Shown here piece by piece: positions 53,803-61,893 of a stretch of 64,000 nt of DNA. A model generated the notes under the pieces. That model was not told the DNA's origin. It saw only the letters and a program-made list of their open reading frames with translations, and did not search any database. Every line of letters begins with the position of its first letter. Position 1 is the stretch's first letter. A program made the position numbers and the translations under genes. This DNA is from an uncultured Thermoplasmatales archaeon. GTDB taxonomy: Archaea > Thermoplasmatota > E2 > DHVEG-1. Location of the stretch: assembly GCA_964612945.1 (NCBI GenBank), contig CAZTFR010000006.1, positions 742-64,741 of the forward strand, read 5' to 3'.

Positions 53803-53994
53803 TTATGAAACCGTATCTAAGATTCTTTCGACATCCGCTTTATCAAAAAAGCGGTCAGCATCATACCAATTACACGTTTTGCAATGCAGCCTGAAACCGA
53901 ATCTTTCACCAGCGTCATCGAATGCTGGACTTATCGGCCTGAATACAAGAAGGCCAGTGCACCGAGGACAAGCCTGATGGGACAGATCAGTCAA
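53803..53994 (-). CDS. Zinc-ribbon miniprotein (63 aa)
   Basis: CPRC...CKTC. The ATG overlaps the upstream stop as ATGA. Confidence 0.55.
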   Translation of the reverse strand: MTDLSHQACPRCTGLLVFRPISPAFDDAGERFGFRLHCKTCNWYDADRFFDKADVERILDTVS

Positions 53995-54401
53995 CCTGAG
54001 TCCTCCCTATTTTTCCAATATTCAAAGACTTGATCTACAGTAAAACCAGAAATTTTCCTTTTCTTTAATTGATACTGAACAATTTTTGAATCATCAATAT
54101 TTGGATTAGATATGCTTCGTCTTAACCCATGTCCTAAGTCAATCGTCTTATACCATTCTAAAAGTTTGTCAAGTTTTTCGTAATTTTTCTTTTCATCCGC
54201 ATCTAATCGTATATACATTTGTTCAAATTGTATATACAATTCTTTGTGTTTTTGAGCGGATTCTTTGAGCTCTTGTTTCGTTTTGGGGATTTTCACGTCA
54301 TAACCGGCATTCCATATTTCTGGATATTTGATACCTAATTCCTTACAAGTTTCCTTCTGTTGAGATTCAATCCAAAGGGAGATCATCACTTTAGTTGGCA
54401 A
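53991..54401 (-). CDS. Hypothetical protein of the island (136 aa)
   Basis: Helical and lysine-rich, with no motif recognised. TTG start at 54401 preceded by GGGGGGATTAGGA; alternative ATG at 54386. Confidence 0.45.
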   Translation of the reverse strand: MPTKVMISLWIESQQKETCKELGIKYPEIWNAGYDVKIPKTKQELKESAQKHKELYIQFEQMYIRLDADEKKNYEKLDKLLEWYKTIDLGHGLRRSISNPNIDDSKIVQYQLKKRKISGFTVDQVFEYWKNREDSG

Positions 54402-54490
54402 ATCCTAATCCCCCCCAAAAAGACAATACAAATTGGTGAAGTATGGAAAAAAACGTATATATATATACTATATATATACATAGGTCTATA

Positions 54491-54649
54491 CTATACACCT
54501 TTTCTCTCACCTCGCATCGCCGATTCAGATGTGATGTAGAGCCGATCGTTCGAACTCATTTTTTGGTAAATCAATCGAACATTCGATAAATTTTCAATAA
54601 AAGTAACTATTTCGTAAAAATCCCGTACATCGTCAAAACGAAAAATCAT
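54491..54649 (-). CDS. Possible 52-aa protein, not in the ORF track
   Basis: MIFRFDDVRDFYEIVTFIENLSNVRLIYQKMSSNDRLYITSESAMRGERKGV. Overlaps the upstream HTH ORF by 17 nt. Confidence 0.3.
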   Translation of the reverse strand: MIFRFDDVRDFYEIVTFIENLSNVRLIYQKMSSNDRLYITSESAMRGERKGV

Positions 54650-54785
54650 CGCTCCGGATTGTGTCATCCTTTTTTCCTTCCTTTAATTCTTGAATTTCAC
54701 GATCCACAAGTTGAATTGCTTGTTTCACAGTGAGTCCTGTCGCATTGAACAATTCTCTCGGCGTTTTGTATTGGAGAAAATTCAT
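54633..54785 (-). CDS. Possible 50-aa HTH (excisionase/AlpA-like) protein, not in the ORF track
   Basis: MNFLQYKTPRELFNATGLTVKQAIQLVDREIQELKEGKKDDTIRSDDFSF. TPRELFNATGLTVKQAIQLV looks like a helix-turn-helix. Confidence 0.35.
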   Translation of the reverse strand: MNFLQYKTPRELFNATGLTVKQAIQLVDREIQELKEGKKDDTIRSDDFSF

Positions 54786-54791
54786 ACAATA

Positions 54792-54938
54792 TCACTTAAC
54801 TCCCGAACGATCAAGTTCGTTCCTGATGCTTTGTTTTACAAAATCCGCCCTACTCACGAATCCTAATCGCTCTTTATTTTCGTCGATTTTTTGTACAAGA
54901 TTTCTTGGTAGACAAACACACAGGTACTTGCGATTCAT
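54792..54938 (-). CDS. Ribbon-helix-helix (CopG-like) protein of 48 aa, not in the ORF track
   Basis: MNRKYLCVCLPRNLVQKIDENKERLGFVSRADFVKQSIRNELDRSGVK has a beta-strand, helix, helix pattern. GGGGAG lies 8-9 nt upstream of the ATG. Confidence 0.55.
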   Translation of the reverse strand: MNRKYLCVCLPRNLVQKIDENKERLGFVSRADFVKQSIRNELDRSGVK

Positions 54939-54961
54939 ACAAAAACTCCCCACATAAACAT

Positions 54962-55057
54962 ACGATACTTGTATCGTTCACGTATATTTAAAACTTTGCG
55001 ATATGCGTATCGTAACTTATTTTAACCCGTTAGCAATATAGGTATTGTAGGCGATAC
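54962..55057. promoter_or_regulatory. Divergent control region with three CGATAC/GTATCG palindromic operators and a TATA element
   Basis: ACGATAC-TT-GTATCGT (54962-54977), TATATTTAAAA (54983-54993), CGATAT-GC-GTATCG (54999-55012) and GTATTG-TAGG-CGATAC (55042-55057, abutting the ATG at 55059). Confidence 0.5.
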
Positions 55058-55058
55058 A

Positions 55059-55427
55059 ATGGCATCTACGAAACCCAGGGGGAAATATCAAGGCGTTTCG
55101 CTACCGAAAGAATTCTTACGCGAAGTACAAAGAATTGTGTTGAACGATAATAGGTACAAATCAATTGCTGCCTACATCCAGGAGGCTATTAGGGAAAAAA
55201 TGAAAAAGGATCGCTTCTGGGAAACAGATAAACCCCCAGAAAACGAATCAGATTTTAAACGGTTTTCAGATGCTTATTTTCCCGATATGCCCGAAGAAAC
55301 TCGAAAATATTTTGCTGCAAAGCTAATTCTCGATAAACCGTTGATAATAATGGATGAGACTGAAATTAAAAAAATGCTGCAAAAAACAATCAAAGCGGCT
55401 ATAAAAAAAAATAGAGATTTATTTTGA
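55059..55427 (+). CDS. Ribbon-helix-helix domain protein (122 aa)
   Basis: KYQGVSLPKEFLREVQRIVLNDNRYKSIAAYIQEAIREKM forms an RHH N-domain. The 3' end overlaps the integrase 3' end convergently by 9 nt. Confidence 0.6.
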   Translation: MASTKPRGKYQGVSLPKEFLREVQRIVLNDNRYKSIAAYIQEAIREKMKKDRFWETDKPPENESDFKRFSDAYFPDMPEETRKYFAAKLILDKPLIIMDETEIKKMLQKTIKAAIKKNRDLF

Positions 55428-56489
55428 ACCGTTTTTTATCATTCCTTGATACATCGTAAGAAGATGCTCCTTGTCATTTAATAATCGTTCCATTTGTTGC
55501 ATTTTATCTTCGAGTTTGTGAATTCTTTGTTCTTTCTCGGTCATTTCTTTATTGATTTCCTGTAGGTCTGGTGACTGCTCAATAACTGCTATATTGCGAA
55601 CGTATTTGTTGTATTCCTCTGCAAGTTTTCGCTCAGGATATTTTCTGTACGTGCTAAGGTAGCCGCTATGTCCCATTAGATGCTCTGCAAGGTCAGCATT
55701 ACCGAAATAGGTTCGGAAGTATTTTCGGAAACAATGAAAATGTAATTTCATTCTTCCGGTGGTTGGATCTCGTTCAGTATATCCGGCTTTGGACATAGCA
55801 CGATAAAGCGATTCTCTAAGCGTTTTTTGATCATAAGGAAAAACTCTGATGTCGTCCTTTTTTTTGGTGTGTAGGTTGCCGCTGCGTCTCCTTGATGTCT
55901 CGTAATAGGTATCTCTTACTTGCAGCCATGCATTCAATGCTTTTTTTGCCTCATTTGAGATGAAAGTAGTTCGTTTTTTCTTTCGTCCTTTTACGATTTC
56001 TGCTCGAAGATTTATCCGCACCGGATTTTCATCTAAATGTATATCATTCGGCTGCAGTAGCATGAGTTCTTCAATCCTCATACCACTGGATGTACCCATG
56101 AGAACAACAGCACGCCCTCTCACGTCAAGATGCTGCAATATCTTTGCGATGTCCTCTGGTTCAGGTATAAAGTCCTCTGAGACCGGCTCTGCACCTTTTA
56201 ACCGTAAGGATATAGTATCCCAGAGGTCAAGCTCTTTTATTTTTTTATCATGATAGCAGAGAAATTGTTTTACCGCACTTACTGTCGTCTGCGTTGATTT
56301 CAATGGTCTGCCTCGTAGGGAATTATAAAATCTGATGATGTCGGCTTGATAGTCTCGGTCAGGTTGAAAATATGTCCTTATATCAGCATTGATGATCTGG
56401 AAATATTTCCGAATATGATGTCGATAGAGTTTCCGGGTGTTTTTATTTGATACCAATCTATTGGTGAGATATTCCTCAATCTTGTCCAT
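55419..56489 (-). CDS. Tyrosine recombinase / phage-type integrase
   Basis: Catalytic set in order: SSGMRIEEL (Arg), VKGRKKKRT (Lys), HFHCFRKYF (His-x-x-Arg), LMGHS (His) and YLSTYRKY (Tyr). C-terminal coiled-coil tail. First ATG is at 56489; the track start at 56498 is a TTG. Confidence 0.85.
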   Translation of the reverse strand: MDKIEEYLTNRLVSNKNTRKLYRHHIRKYFQIINADIRTYFQPDRDYQADIIRFYNSLRGRPLKSTQTTVSAVKQFLCYHDKKIKELDLWDTISLRLKGAEPVSEDFIPEPEDIAKILQHLDVRGRAVVLMGTSSGMRIEELMLLQPNDIHLDENPVRINLRAEIVKGRKKKRTTFISNEAKKALNAWLQVRDTYYETSRRRSGNLHTKKKDDIRVFPYDQKTLRESLYRAMSKAGYTERDPTTGRMKLHFHCFRKYFRTYFGNADLAEHLMGHSGYLSTYRKYPERKLAEEYNKYVRNIAVIEQSPDLQEINKEMTEKEQRIHKLEDKMQQMERLLNDKEHLLTMYQGMIKNGSK

Positions 56490-56552
56490 AATTATCAATA
56501 AATCTAATGCAAAAATGGTATAAATAGTTTTTCTTGGTCAATCCATAATTAA

Positions 56553-56563
56553 CCTATATTAAA
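56553..56563. repeat. Right copy of the border 11-mer CCTATATTAAA (att candidate or TATA box)
   Basis: Overlaps the agmatinase stop codon. On the minus strand it lies about 64 nt upstream of the integrase ATG. Confidence 0.35.
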
Positions 56564-57431
56564 CTACGCCTTTTCTTCTTATATCGCTTACAAAGCGTCG
56601 AATAAGTTTTGCAGCAAGAAGAGCGGTTTGGCCATGATCATAGGGTGGACAGACTTCGGTAAGATCAAATCCCATGCAGCGGGGGGCAAAGCTGTCTAAG
56701 AAAGTAAGAAGGTCAAAAGAGGTAATACCAAAAGGTTCAGGGGTACTTGTAGCGGGTGCAAAGCTGGGATCAAGAACATCAATATCTACTGAGAGATATA
56801 TTTTTTTGTCAGAAACGTGTTGTAATATATCTTTAATGACGGTATTTATTCCTTGTTTTTGTATATGAAATGCATCTTTAAAGTAGAGACCTGCTTTTTT
56901 TGCCTCAATCAGTTCTTGTTTTTCAGCAGATCGAACACCTATAACAAAAAGGTTATTTATCCCTACATGGTCACTGATTCTTCTATTTACACAAGCGTGA
57001 TTGTATGCTTGTTGTTCATAGGTATTGCGGAAATCAAGATGCGCATCGCAGACGATAACTGCGGAATTTTTTGGAAAAGCTTGAATTATTCCTGGTGTAA
57101 CGGAGTGTTCTCCCCCGAGGGCGATGGGTATTTTTTTCTCGGTAAGTATTTTCTTTGTAAAAGATTTTGTGTGCTGAATCATTTTATTGACCGGCATTGT
57201 TTCTACAGGGATATTTCCATAGTCATGAATGCGTTGACTGTCGAGATTTTTTCCTGTTTGGAAATCATAGGTTTCAAAATTCCAACTTGCTTGTCTGATT
57301 GCATTAGGTGCGGTGGCAGCTCCTTTTCGAAACGATGATGTTTTATCATAGGGAACGCCAAAAATGATATAGTCTGCTGATGTGAAATCTGCTTCTGCAT
57401 CTGCAAAATAGGGGGGGAAATCCAGTGTCAT
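56559..57431 (-). CDS. speB: Agmatinase (arginase family)
   Basis: Mn-binding motifs GGEHSVT, CDAHLDF and SVDIDVLDP. Adjacent to aIF5A, as in many archaea. Confidence 0.88.
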   Translation of the reverse strand: MTLDFPPYFADAEADFTSADYIIFGVPYDKTSSFRKGAATAPNAIRQASWNFETYDFQTGKNLDSQRIHDYGNIPVETMPVNKMIQHTKSFTKKILTEKKIPIALGGEHSVTPGIIQAFPKNSAVIVCDAHLDFRNTYEQQAYNHACVNRRISDHVGINNLFVIGVRSAEKQELIEAKKAGLYFKDAFHIQKQGINTVIKDILQHVSDKKIYLSVDIDVLDPSFAPATSTPEPFGITSFDLLTFLDSFAPRCMGFDLTEVCPPYDHGQTALLAAKLIRRFVSDIRRKGVV

Positions 57432-57452
57432 ACGTAGAGAATCTACAATACA

Positions 57453-57839
57453 TTACACGCGGGTGATTTTCTTTTTCCCGAGGGCTTGAAGATATAATAC
57501 TTCTTTTCCGGGTTCGAGTTGTCCTTTGAATTCGTTGGGTATGGGCATTTCAAATGTTTCATAGGTTTCAAGATCCATAAGTTGTACGATGTCCTCACCC
57601 ATGAGGGAAAGTACCTGGGCATTCCGTTTATCGATGATGGGGACATGGATTTTATGTTTTACGGGGTGGACGATGCTGCGTTTCTGTCCGTCGAAGATGC
57701 CAATTGCCTCAATGCGTGCCTTTGCTTCTCCGTGTTTGCCTGGTTTAGAGGTTGTTATACTTACGATTTTACATGGTTCATCATCGATAATCATGTATCG
57801 ATTTACCTTCAAGGTTCGAACTTCTGCTAATTCCTTCAT
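57453..57839 (-). CDS. eif5a: Translation initiation factor 5A
   Basis: Hypusination loop [12 protein letters not shown]; 128 aa. Confidence 0.92.
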   Translation of the reverse strand: MKELAEVRTLKVNRYMIIDDEPCKIVSITTSKPGKHGEAKARIEAIGIFDGQKRSIVHPVKHKIHVPIIDKRNAQVLSLMGEDIVQLMDLETYETFEMPIPNEFKGQLEPGKEVLYLQALGKKKITRV

Positions 57840-57845
57840 GTTTTT

Positions 57846-58121
57846 TTATTCTCCTTTAGGAACTTTATAGACAAGGTCGTGTTCTCGAACTCGTTCTTTG
57901 GTTTTGATGCCGATAGCCTCTCCTGCATGTGCGGTTTCAATTAGTTTTTGATTAATTTCCATACGGTCCACTTGTTGAGTGAAATCGGTGGTTGCGCCCA
58001 CGATATGAATAGTATCGCCAACACGGAGTTCTCCACTTGTGATCTGTATGGCAGCAACGTTTATGTTGGTGAAAAAGTGATCAATTACTCCTATCTTTTC
58101 CTCGACCATCGTTCTTATCAC
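57846..58121 (-). CDS. Small EF-Tu domain-2-like beta-barrel protein
   Basis: GVIDHFFTNINVAAIQITSGELRVGDTIHIVG...AGEAIGIK resembles the translation-GTPase domain II barrel. Confidence 0.5.
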   Translation of the reverse strand: MIRTMVEEKIGVIDHFFTNINVAAIQITSGELRVGDTIHIVGATTDFTQQVDRMEINQKLIETAHAGEAIGIKTKERVREHDLVYKVPKGE

Positions 58122-58163
58122 CAGCAGGTAATTACAGAAGATGTACTTATAAGTACGTGATTG

Positions 58164-58490
58164 TTATCGAGACGGAACAATTTCATAAATTGCCTTTTTT
58201 CCATGTTTTTCACAGGTAAATGCCTCCCAGTTGGAATCCCATTTCATAGGGTTGCCGCAGACCGGACAGGCAAGACTATCAATGATTTCTCGGTGGCTTT
58301 TCACTTTTATTTTTAGGATTTCTGCTTTTATCTTTTTTTTTGGATTCATTGAGTCCATTACATACACTTCACGATCTGGTGGTACATAGGGGATGGTATC
58401 ATGTTGCATGCGTTTTTTTCTATATGCTTTCATTTGTTGTTTGTATTTTTCCATCATGGTTTGTCTTCGGCCCATAAATGCATTCTCCAT
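58164..58490 (-). CDS. Basic zinc-ribbon protein, unknown function
   Basis: CPVCGNPMKW...CEKHG. Start set at MENAFMG to avoid an 80-nt overlap with the divergent hel308. Confidence 0.45.
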   Translation of the reverse strand: MENAFMGRRQTMMEKYKQQMKAYRKKRMQHDTIPYVPPDREVYVMDSMNPKKKIKAEILKIKVKSHREIIDSLACPVCGNPMKWDSNWEAFTCEKHGKKAIYEIVPSR

Positions 58491-58553
58491 GTCTTGTTTT
58501 TTAAACTTTAATGGATAATATTTATTTTTACTTATGTCTTTCCCTGTTTCATT

Positions 58554-60716
58554 ATGCAGGTTTCTGATCTCCCAAAAAACATTCAGTTTATTCTTTCGTC
58601 GATGAATATTTCGACATTGTATCCTCCACAGCAAGAAGCACTTCCTAAGGTACTGAATGGGCAGAACGTAGTCTTATCAATTCCAACTGCTGCTGGAAAA
58701 AGCCTCGTTGCGTATCTTGCGATTGTAAATCGGTTATCTCAACAGGGTGGAAAAGCATTATATGTGGTGCCGTTACGTGCACTTGCTCGTGAAAAGTATG
58801 AGGAATTAAAGCGGTTTGAGCAATTAGGCTTTCGAGTGGGGATTACCACCGGTGAATTGGATGAGGTGGATCGACGGGTGTTTCGTGCAGATATAATTGT
58901 GTGTACTTCAGAAAAAGCAGATTCCTTGATGCGTCATGATCGAAGTTGGATAGAAAAGATTCAAGTGCTTGTTATTGATGAAATTCATTTGATCCATGAT
59001 GCAGGTCGCGGCCCAACTCTTGAAGTCATTATTTCACATTTTCGAGCGATGAATCCAAAGACACAGATTGTTGCGTTATCTGCAACGATTGCAAATGCAT
59101 TAGAGCTTTCTGATTGGTTAGATGCACAATTAATTCAATCAGATTGGCGGCCCGTCACACTACGGGAGGGTGTCTATTTCCAGAAACATATATCCTATGA
59201 TGATGGCTCTGATCGTGAGTTTTCTGGGGCGAAGACGCGAATTTTGGAGGCTTTAGTCGTTGAACCACTTTCTGATGGCGGCCAATCCCTTGTTTTTGTC
59301 AATAATCGGCGATCAACAGTGTCAGTGGCGCAGAAGATAGCACCTGTAATTGCTGAGATTCTTTCAAAAGATGAGTTGCAGGCATTGAAAAAACTAGCTC
59401 ATACTATCAAGAAGGAACGACTGGATAATATGAGTATACAGGAAAAACTGTGCACCTGTGTTTCTCAAGGAGTTGCCTTTCACAATGCGGGTTTAAGTAG
59501 TACGCAAAGACGGACTGTTGAGACGGGCTTTAAAGATCGATTGATTAAATGTATTGTTGCCACACCCACACTTGCAGCAGGGGTAAATATTCCCGCACGA
59601 CGCGTGATTGTGCGTGATCTTTGGCGATATGATTCGAATTTTGGAATGGTTCCTATCCCAATTCTTGAATACAAACAACAAGCTGGTCGTGCAGGACGAC
59701 CCGGATACGATACTAAAGGCGAAGCCATCACCATTGCAAAAAATCAAAATCAACGTGATCAAATCTTTTATAATTATATCCTTGCCGATACTGAGCCAAT
59801 TCTTTCTAAGTTTGGAAATCAGGCATCATTACGTATGCATCTTCTTGCCGCAATCGCATCCCATTTCGTCCATGATATGCAGCAGATCAAACAGTTTGTC
59901 GAAAGTACATTTTATGCCTATCAATCCGAAGGATACTCTCTTGAGCATGAACTTGAAACAACTGTTGATTTTCTTAAACAACATGAATTTATTGAAGAAG
60001 CAAACGATAGTCTAATTGCGACCCAGTTTGGTGCCCGCACCTCAGCACTGTATATTGATCCTCTCTCTGCTGTACAACTTAAGATTTCTTTAGAGGAATC
60101 CTGCAGAAAACCAACGACCTCGCTCTCTTTTCTTCATGCTGTTTGTGCGACTCCTGATATCCGTTCACTATATCTTCGGGGGAGTGATACCTGGATTGAG
60201 GAACAAGCAGAACACAATAAAAAACATCTTTTGCTGAAAGTTCCAGATCCAACAGATAAAGAACATGAATGGTTTCTCAGTGATTTGAAAACCGCTATGC
60301 TTCTACAAGACTGGATCGACGAACTTCCCTATGATCAAATGGTTACAAAATACAATATTTGGCCAGGGGACATTCATAATTTGGTTGAAAACTCAGAGTG
60401 GTTGCTTCATGCTACACGAGAATTTGCACGGATGTACAACAATACCTGTCTCTCAGAAATTAATGATCTCGTCTTGCGAGTACATAATGGAATTAAACAT
60501 GAATTACTCAATCTTATCAAACTCAAAGGAATTGGACGGGTTCGCGCACGGGCCCTTTACAAAGAAGAGTTTAAAACCATAAATGATCTGCGTGGTGTTC
60601 CACTTGAAAGAATTGCCCAGGTGAAAACCATCGGAAAAGCAGTTGCAACATCAATTAAAAAACAACTCAACGAATACGATGAAGAAAAAACACAAGAACT
60701 GGTGGATAAAAAATGA
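58554..60716 (+). CDS. hel308: Ski2-like DNA helicase Hel308
   Basis: PTAAGKS (Walker A), VIDEIH (DEIH box), LSATIAN, QQAGRAGR and a C-terminal HhH domain; 720 aa. Confidence 0.9.
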   Translation: MQVSDLPKNIQFILSSMNISTLYPPQQEALPKVLNGQNVVLSIPTAAGKSLVAYLAIVNRLSQQGGKALYVVPLRALAREKYEELKRFEQLGFRVGITTGELDEVDRRVFRADIIVCTSEKADSLMRHDRSWIEKIQVLVIDEIHLIHDAGRGPTLEVIISHFRAMNPKTQIVALSATIANALELSDWLDAQLIQSDWRPVTLREGVYFQKHISYDDGSDREFSGAKTRILEALVVEPLSDGGQSLVFVNNRRSTVSVAQKIAPVIAEILSKDELQALKKLAHTIKKERLDNMSIQEKLCTCVSQGVAFHNAGLSSTQRRTVETGFKDRLIKCIVATPTLAAGVNIPARRVIVRDLWRYDSNFGMVPIPILEYKQQAGRAGRPGYDTKGEAITIAKNQNQRDQIFYNYILADTEPILSKFGNQASLRMHLLAAIASHFVHDMQQIKQFVESTFYAYQSEGYSLEHELETTVDFLKQHEFIEEANDSLIATQFGARTSALYIDPLSAVQLKISLEESCRKPTTSLSFLHAVCATPDIRSLYLRGSDTWIEEQAEHNKKHLLLKVPDPTDKEHEWFLSDLKTAMLLQDWIDELPYDQMVTKYNIWPGDIHNLVENSEWLLHATREFARMYNNTCLSEINDLVLRVHNGIKHELLNLIKLKGIGRVRARALYKEEFKTINDLRGVPLERIAQVKTIGKAVATSIKKQLNEYDEEKTQELVDKK

Positions 60717-61228
60717 ATGCAACATTTATTGGTGCAATAGGAATAATTACCGATATCAACAAGTATATTTCCCATCTTGAGCAAGTCTCAAAACGTTACC
60801 AAATTGAGCTGCAGATCATCAATGCAGCTTATGTCTATGGTAAAGATCATCTTCAATCAGCGGTAACCCATGCACAACGTGCATTCAAGCAAAAACGAAA
60901 TAGCTGCAAGACCTTGGCCATGGAAATAATGCTCTATGCATCAGGGGAACGGCAAATACAAAAAGCTCTTCCAAAAATCGGGATTGCCCAAACCACGAAA
61001 GAATTTGCGATTATCATTTTACATAAAAAGAAAATTGATATTAATAAATTGAAAAAAGAAATCGCTGATACTACGAATTTATTGTTTACAGATGCAGTTC
61101 TTGGAGGATCAAAAGAGACAATCAACCGATGGGGATTTACTCAGAAAGAAATGCAGACGGTCCCAGAATATAAATATGGGGATCTTATTCTGGAAAAAGT
61201 CGCATTAGTTGATGTAATAAAAAAATAA
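60713..61228 (+). CDS. cgi121: KEOPS subunit Cgi121
   Basis: GKDHLQSAVTHAQRAFKQKRNSCKTLAMEIMLYASGERQIQKAL matches the Cgi121 core pattern. The ATG overlaps the hel308 TGA as ATGA. Confidence 0.7.
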   Translation: MNATFIGAIGIITDINKYISHLEQVSKRYQIELQIINAAYVYGKDHLQSAVTHAQRAFKQKRNSCKTLAMEIMLYASGERQIQKALPKIGIAQTTKEFAIIILHKKKIDINKLKKEIADTTNLLFTDAVLGGSKETINRWGFTQKEMQTVPEYKYGDLILEKVALVDVIKK

Positions 61229-61235
61229 AACTGCT

Positions 61236-61309
61236 GCCCGCATGAGGTAGTTTGGATATCCTAGAGCCCTGCGGAGGCTCTTACTCGGGTTCGAATCCCG
61301 ATGCGGGCA
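61236..61309 (+). tRNA. tRNA-Arg (anticodon GCG)
   Basis: Folded by hand. Acceptor stem GCCCGCA/TGCGGGC (7 bp), anticodon stem GAGCC/GGCTC with loop CTGCGGA, T arm TCGGG-TTCGAAT-CCCGA, discriminator A. No encoded CCA and no intron. Confidence 0.9.
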
Positions 61310-61405
61310 TGCCTAATATTTGCACAGTTTATTCATAAGGAGAAAACCATTGTTTTTTTACCATTAAATTATTGTTCAAATCTTGTCCACTATTTTTTTT
61401 TAAAA

Positions 61406-61789
61406 TTATGGAACAATTAATTTTACAATATCCATTTTTTTATTTGTGTTAAATAATCTGTGCATCTCTTTAATTCTCCCGGCTTTGCCTTGTAAGACAA
61501 ATATTTCAAGGCATTTTTCTTTTTCAAAATGGTTATGTAACTGTGTTTTAGTGATATCTTTAAAATCATGTTTAATCTCTGAAACAGCATTTTCTGAATC
61601 GTGATGATGAATAACAAGAAGTATGGAATTTATTTCTCCATATAATTTTTCAGAATCTTTACTTTCTGAAATCAAAAGTCTAATGCCGGCTCTTATAACT
61701 TCTGATCTACCTGAGTATCCATGATCATTTTGTATCTTCTCAATATCTTTTAGAATATTATCATTTAATGATATACTTATAATCGTCAT
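61406..61789 (-). CDS. nikR: NikR-like metal-responsive regulator (RHH plus ACT-like metal-binding domain)
   Basis: MTIISISLNDNILKDIEKI...YSGRSEVIRAGIR forms the RHH domain. C-domain has VIHHHD...HNHFEKEKCLEIFVLQG, a His/Cys ligand pattern. Confidence 0.7.
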   Translation of the reverse strand: MTIISISLNDNILKDIEKIQNDHGYSGRSEVIRAGIRLLISESKDSEKLYGEINSILLVIHHHDSENAVSEIKHDFKDITKTQLHNHFEKEKCLEIFVLQGKAGRIKEMHRLFNTNKKMDIVKLIVP

Positions 61790-61893
61790 GAAATACAATA
61801 ATTAATAACATGTTTATATACTTGACCATAAAAGTTAATAACAAATTATATAAATATTAATAATATCTGTAGATTCAATGGAGAGAAAATAGT

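Larger units (their letters stand above)
52424..56563. mobile_element. Integrase-bearing genomic island (putative cryptic provirus, satellite or integrated plasmid), about 4.1 kb
   Basis: Contains a tyrosine recombinase, RHH/HTH/zinc-ribbon miniproteins and twin two-helix membrane proteins. G+C spot counts are higher than in the flanks. The 11-mer CCTATATTAAA occurs at both edges. The block is wedged between host genes. Confidence 0.6.

Noticed and set aside
53436-53894. 152-aa plus-strand ORF from the track inside the island
   Set aside because: The sequence is low-complexity, Tyr/Phe/Asn-rich and typical of AT-rich non-coding DNA. It has no SD site. It overlaps two minus-strand zinc-ribbon genes that have SD sites and coherent CxxC motifs.
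61236-61309. tRNA-Arg as the integration target of the integrase island
   Set aside because: The tRNA is about 4.7 kb from the integrase, with host genes (speB, aIF5A, hel308, cgi121) in between. I found no copy of its 3' half at either island border.
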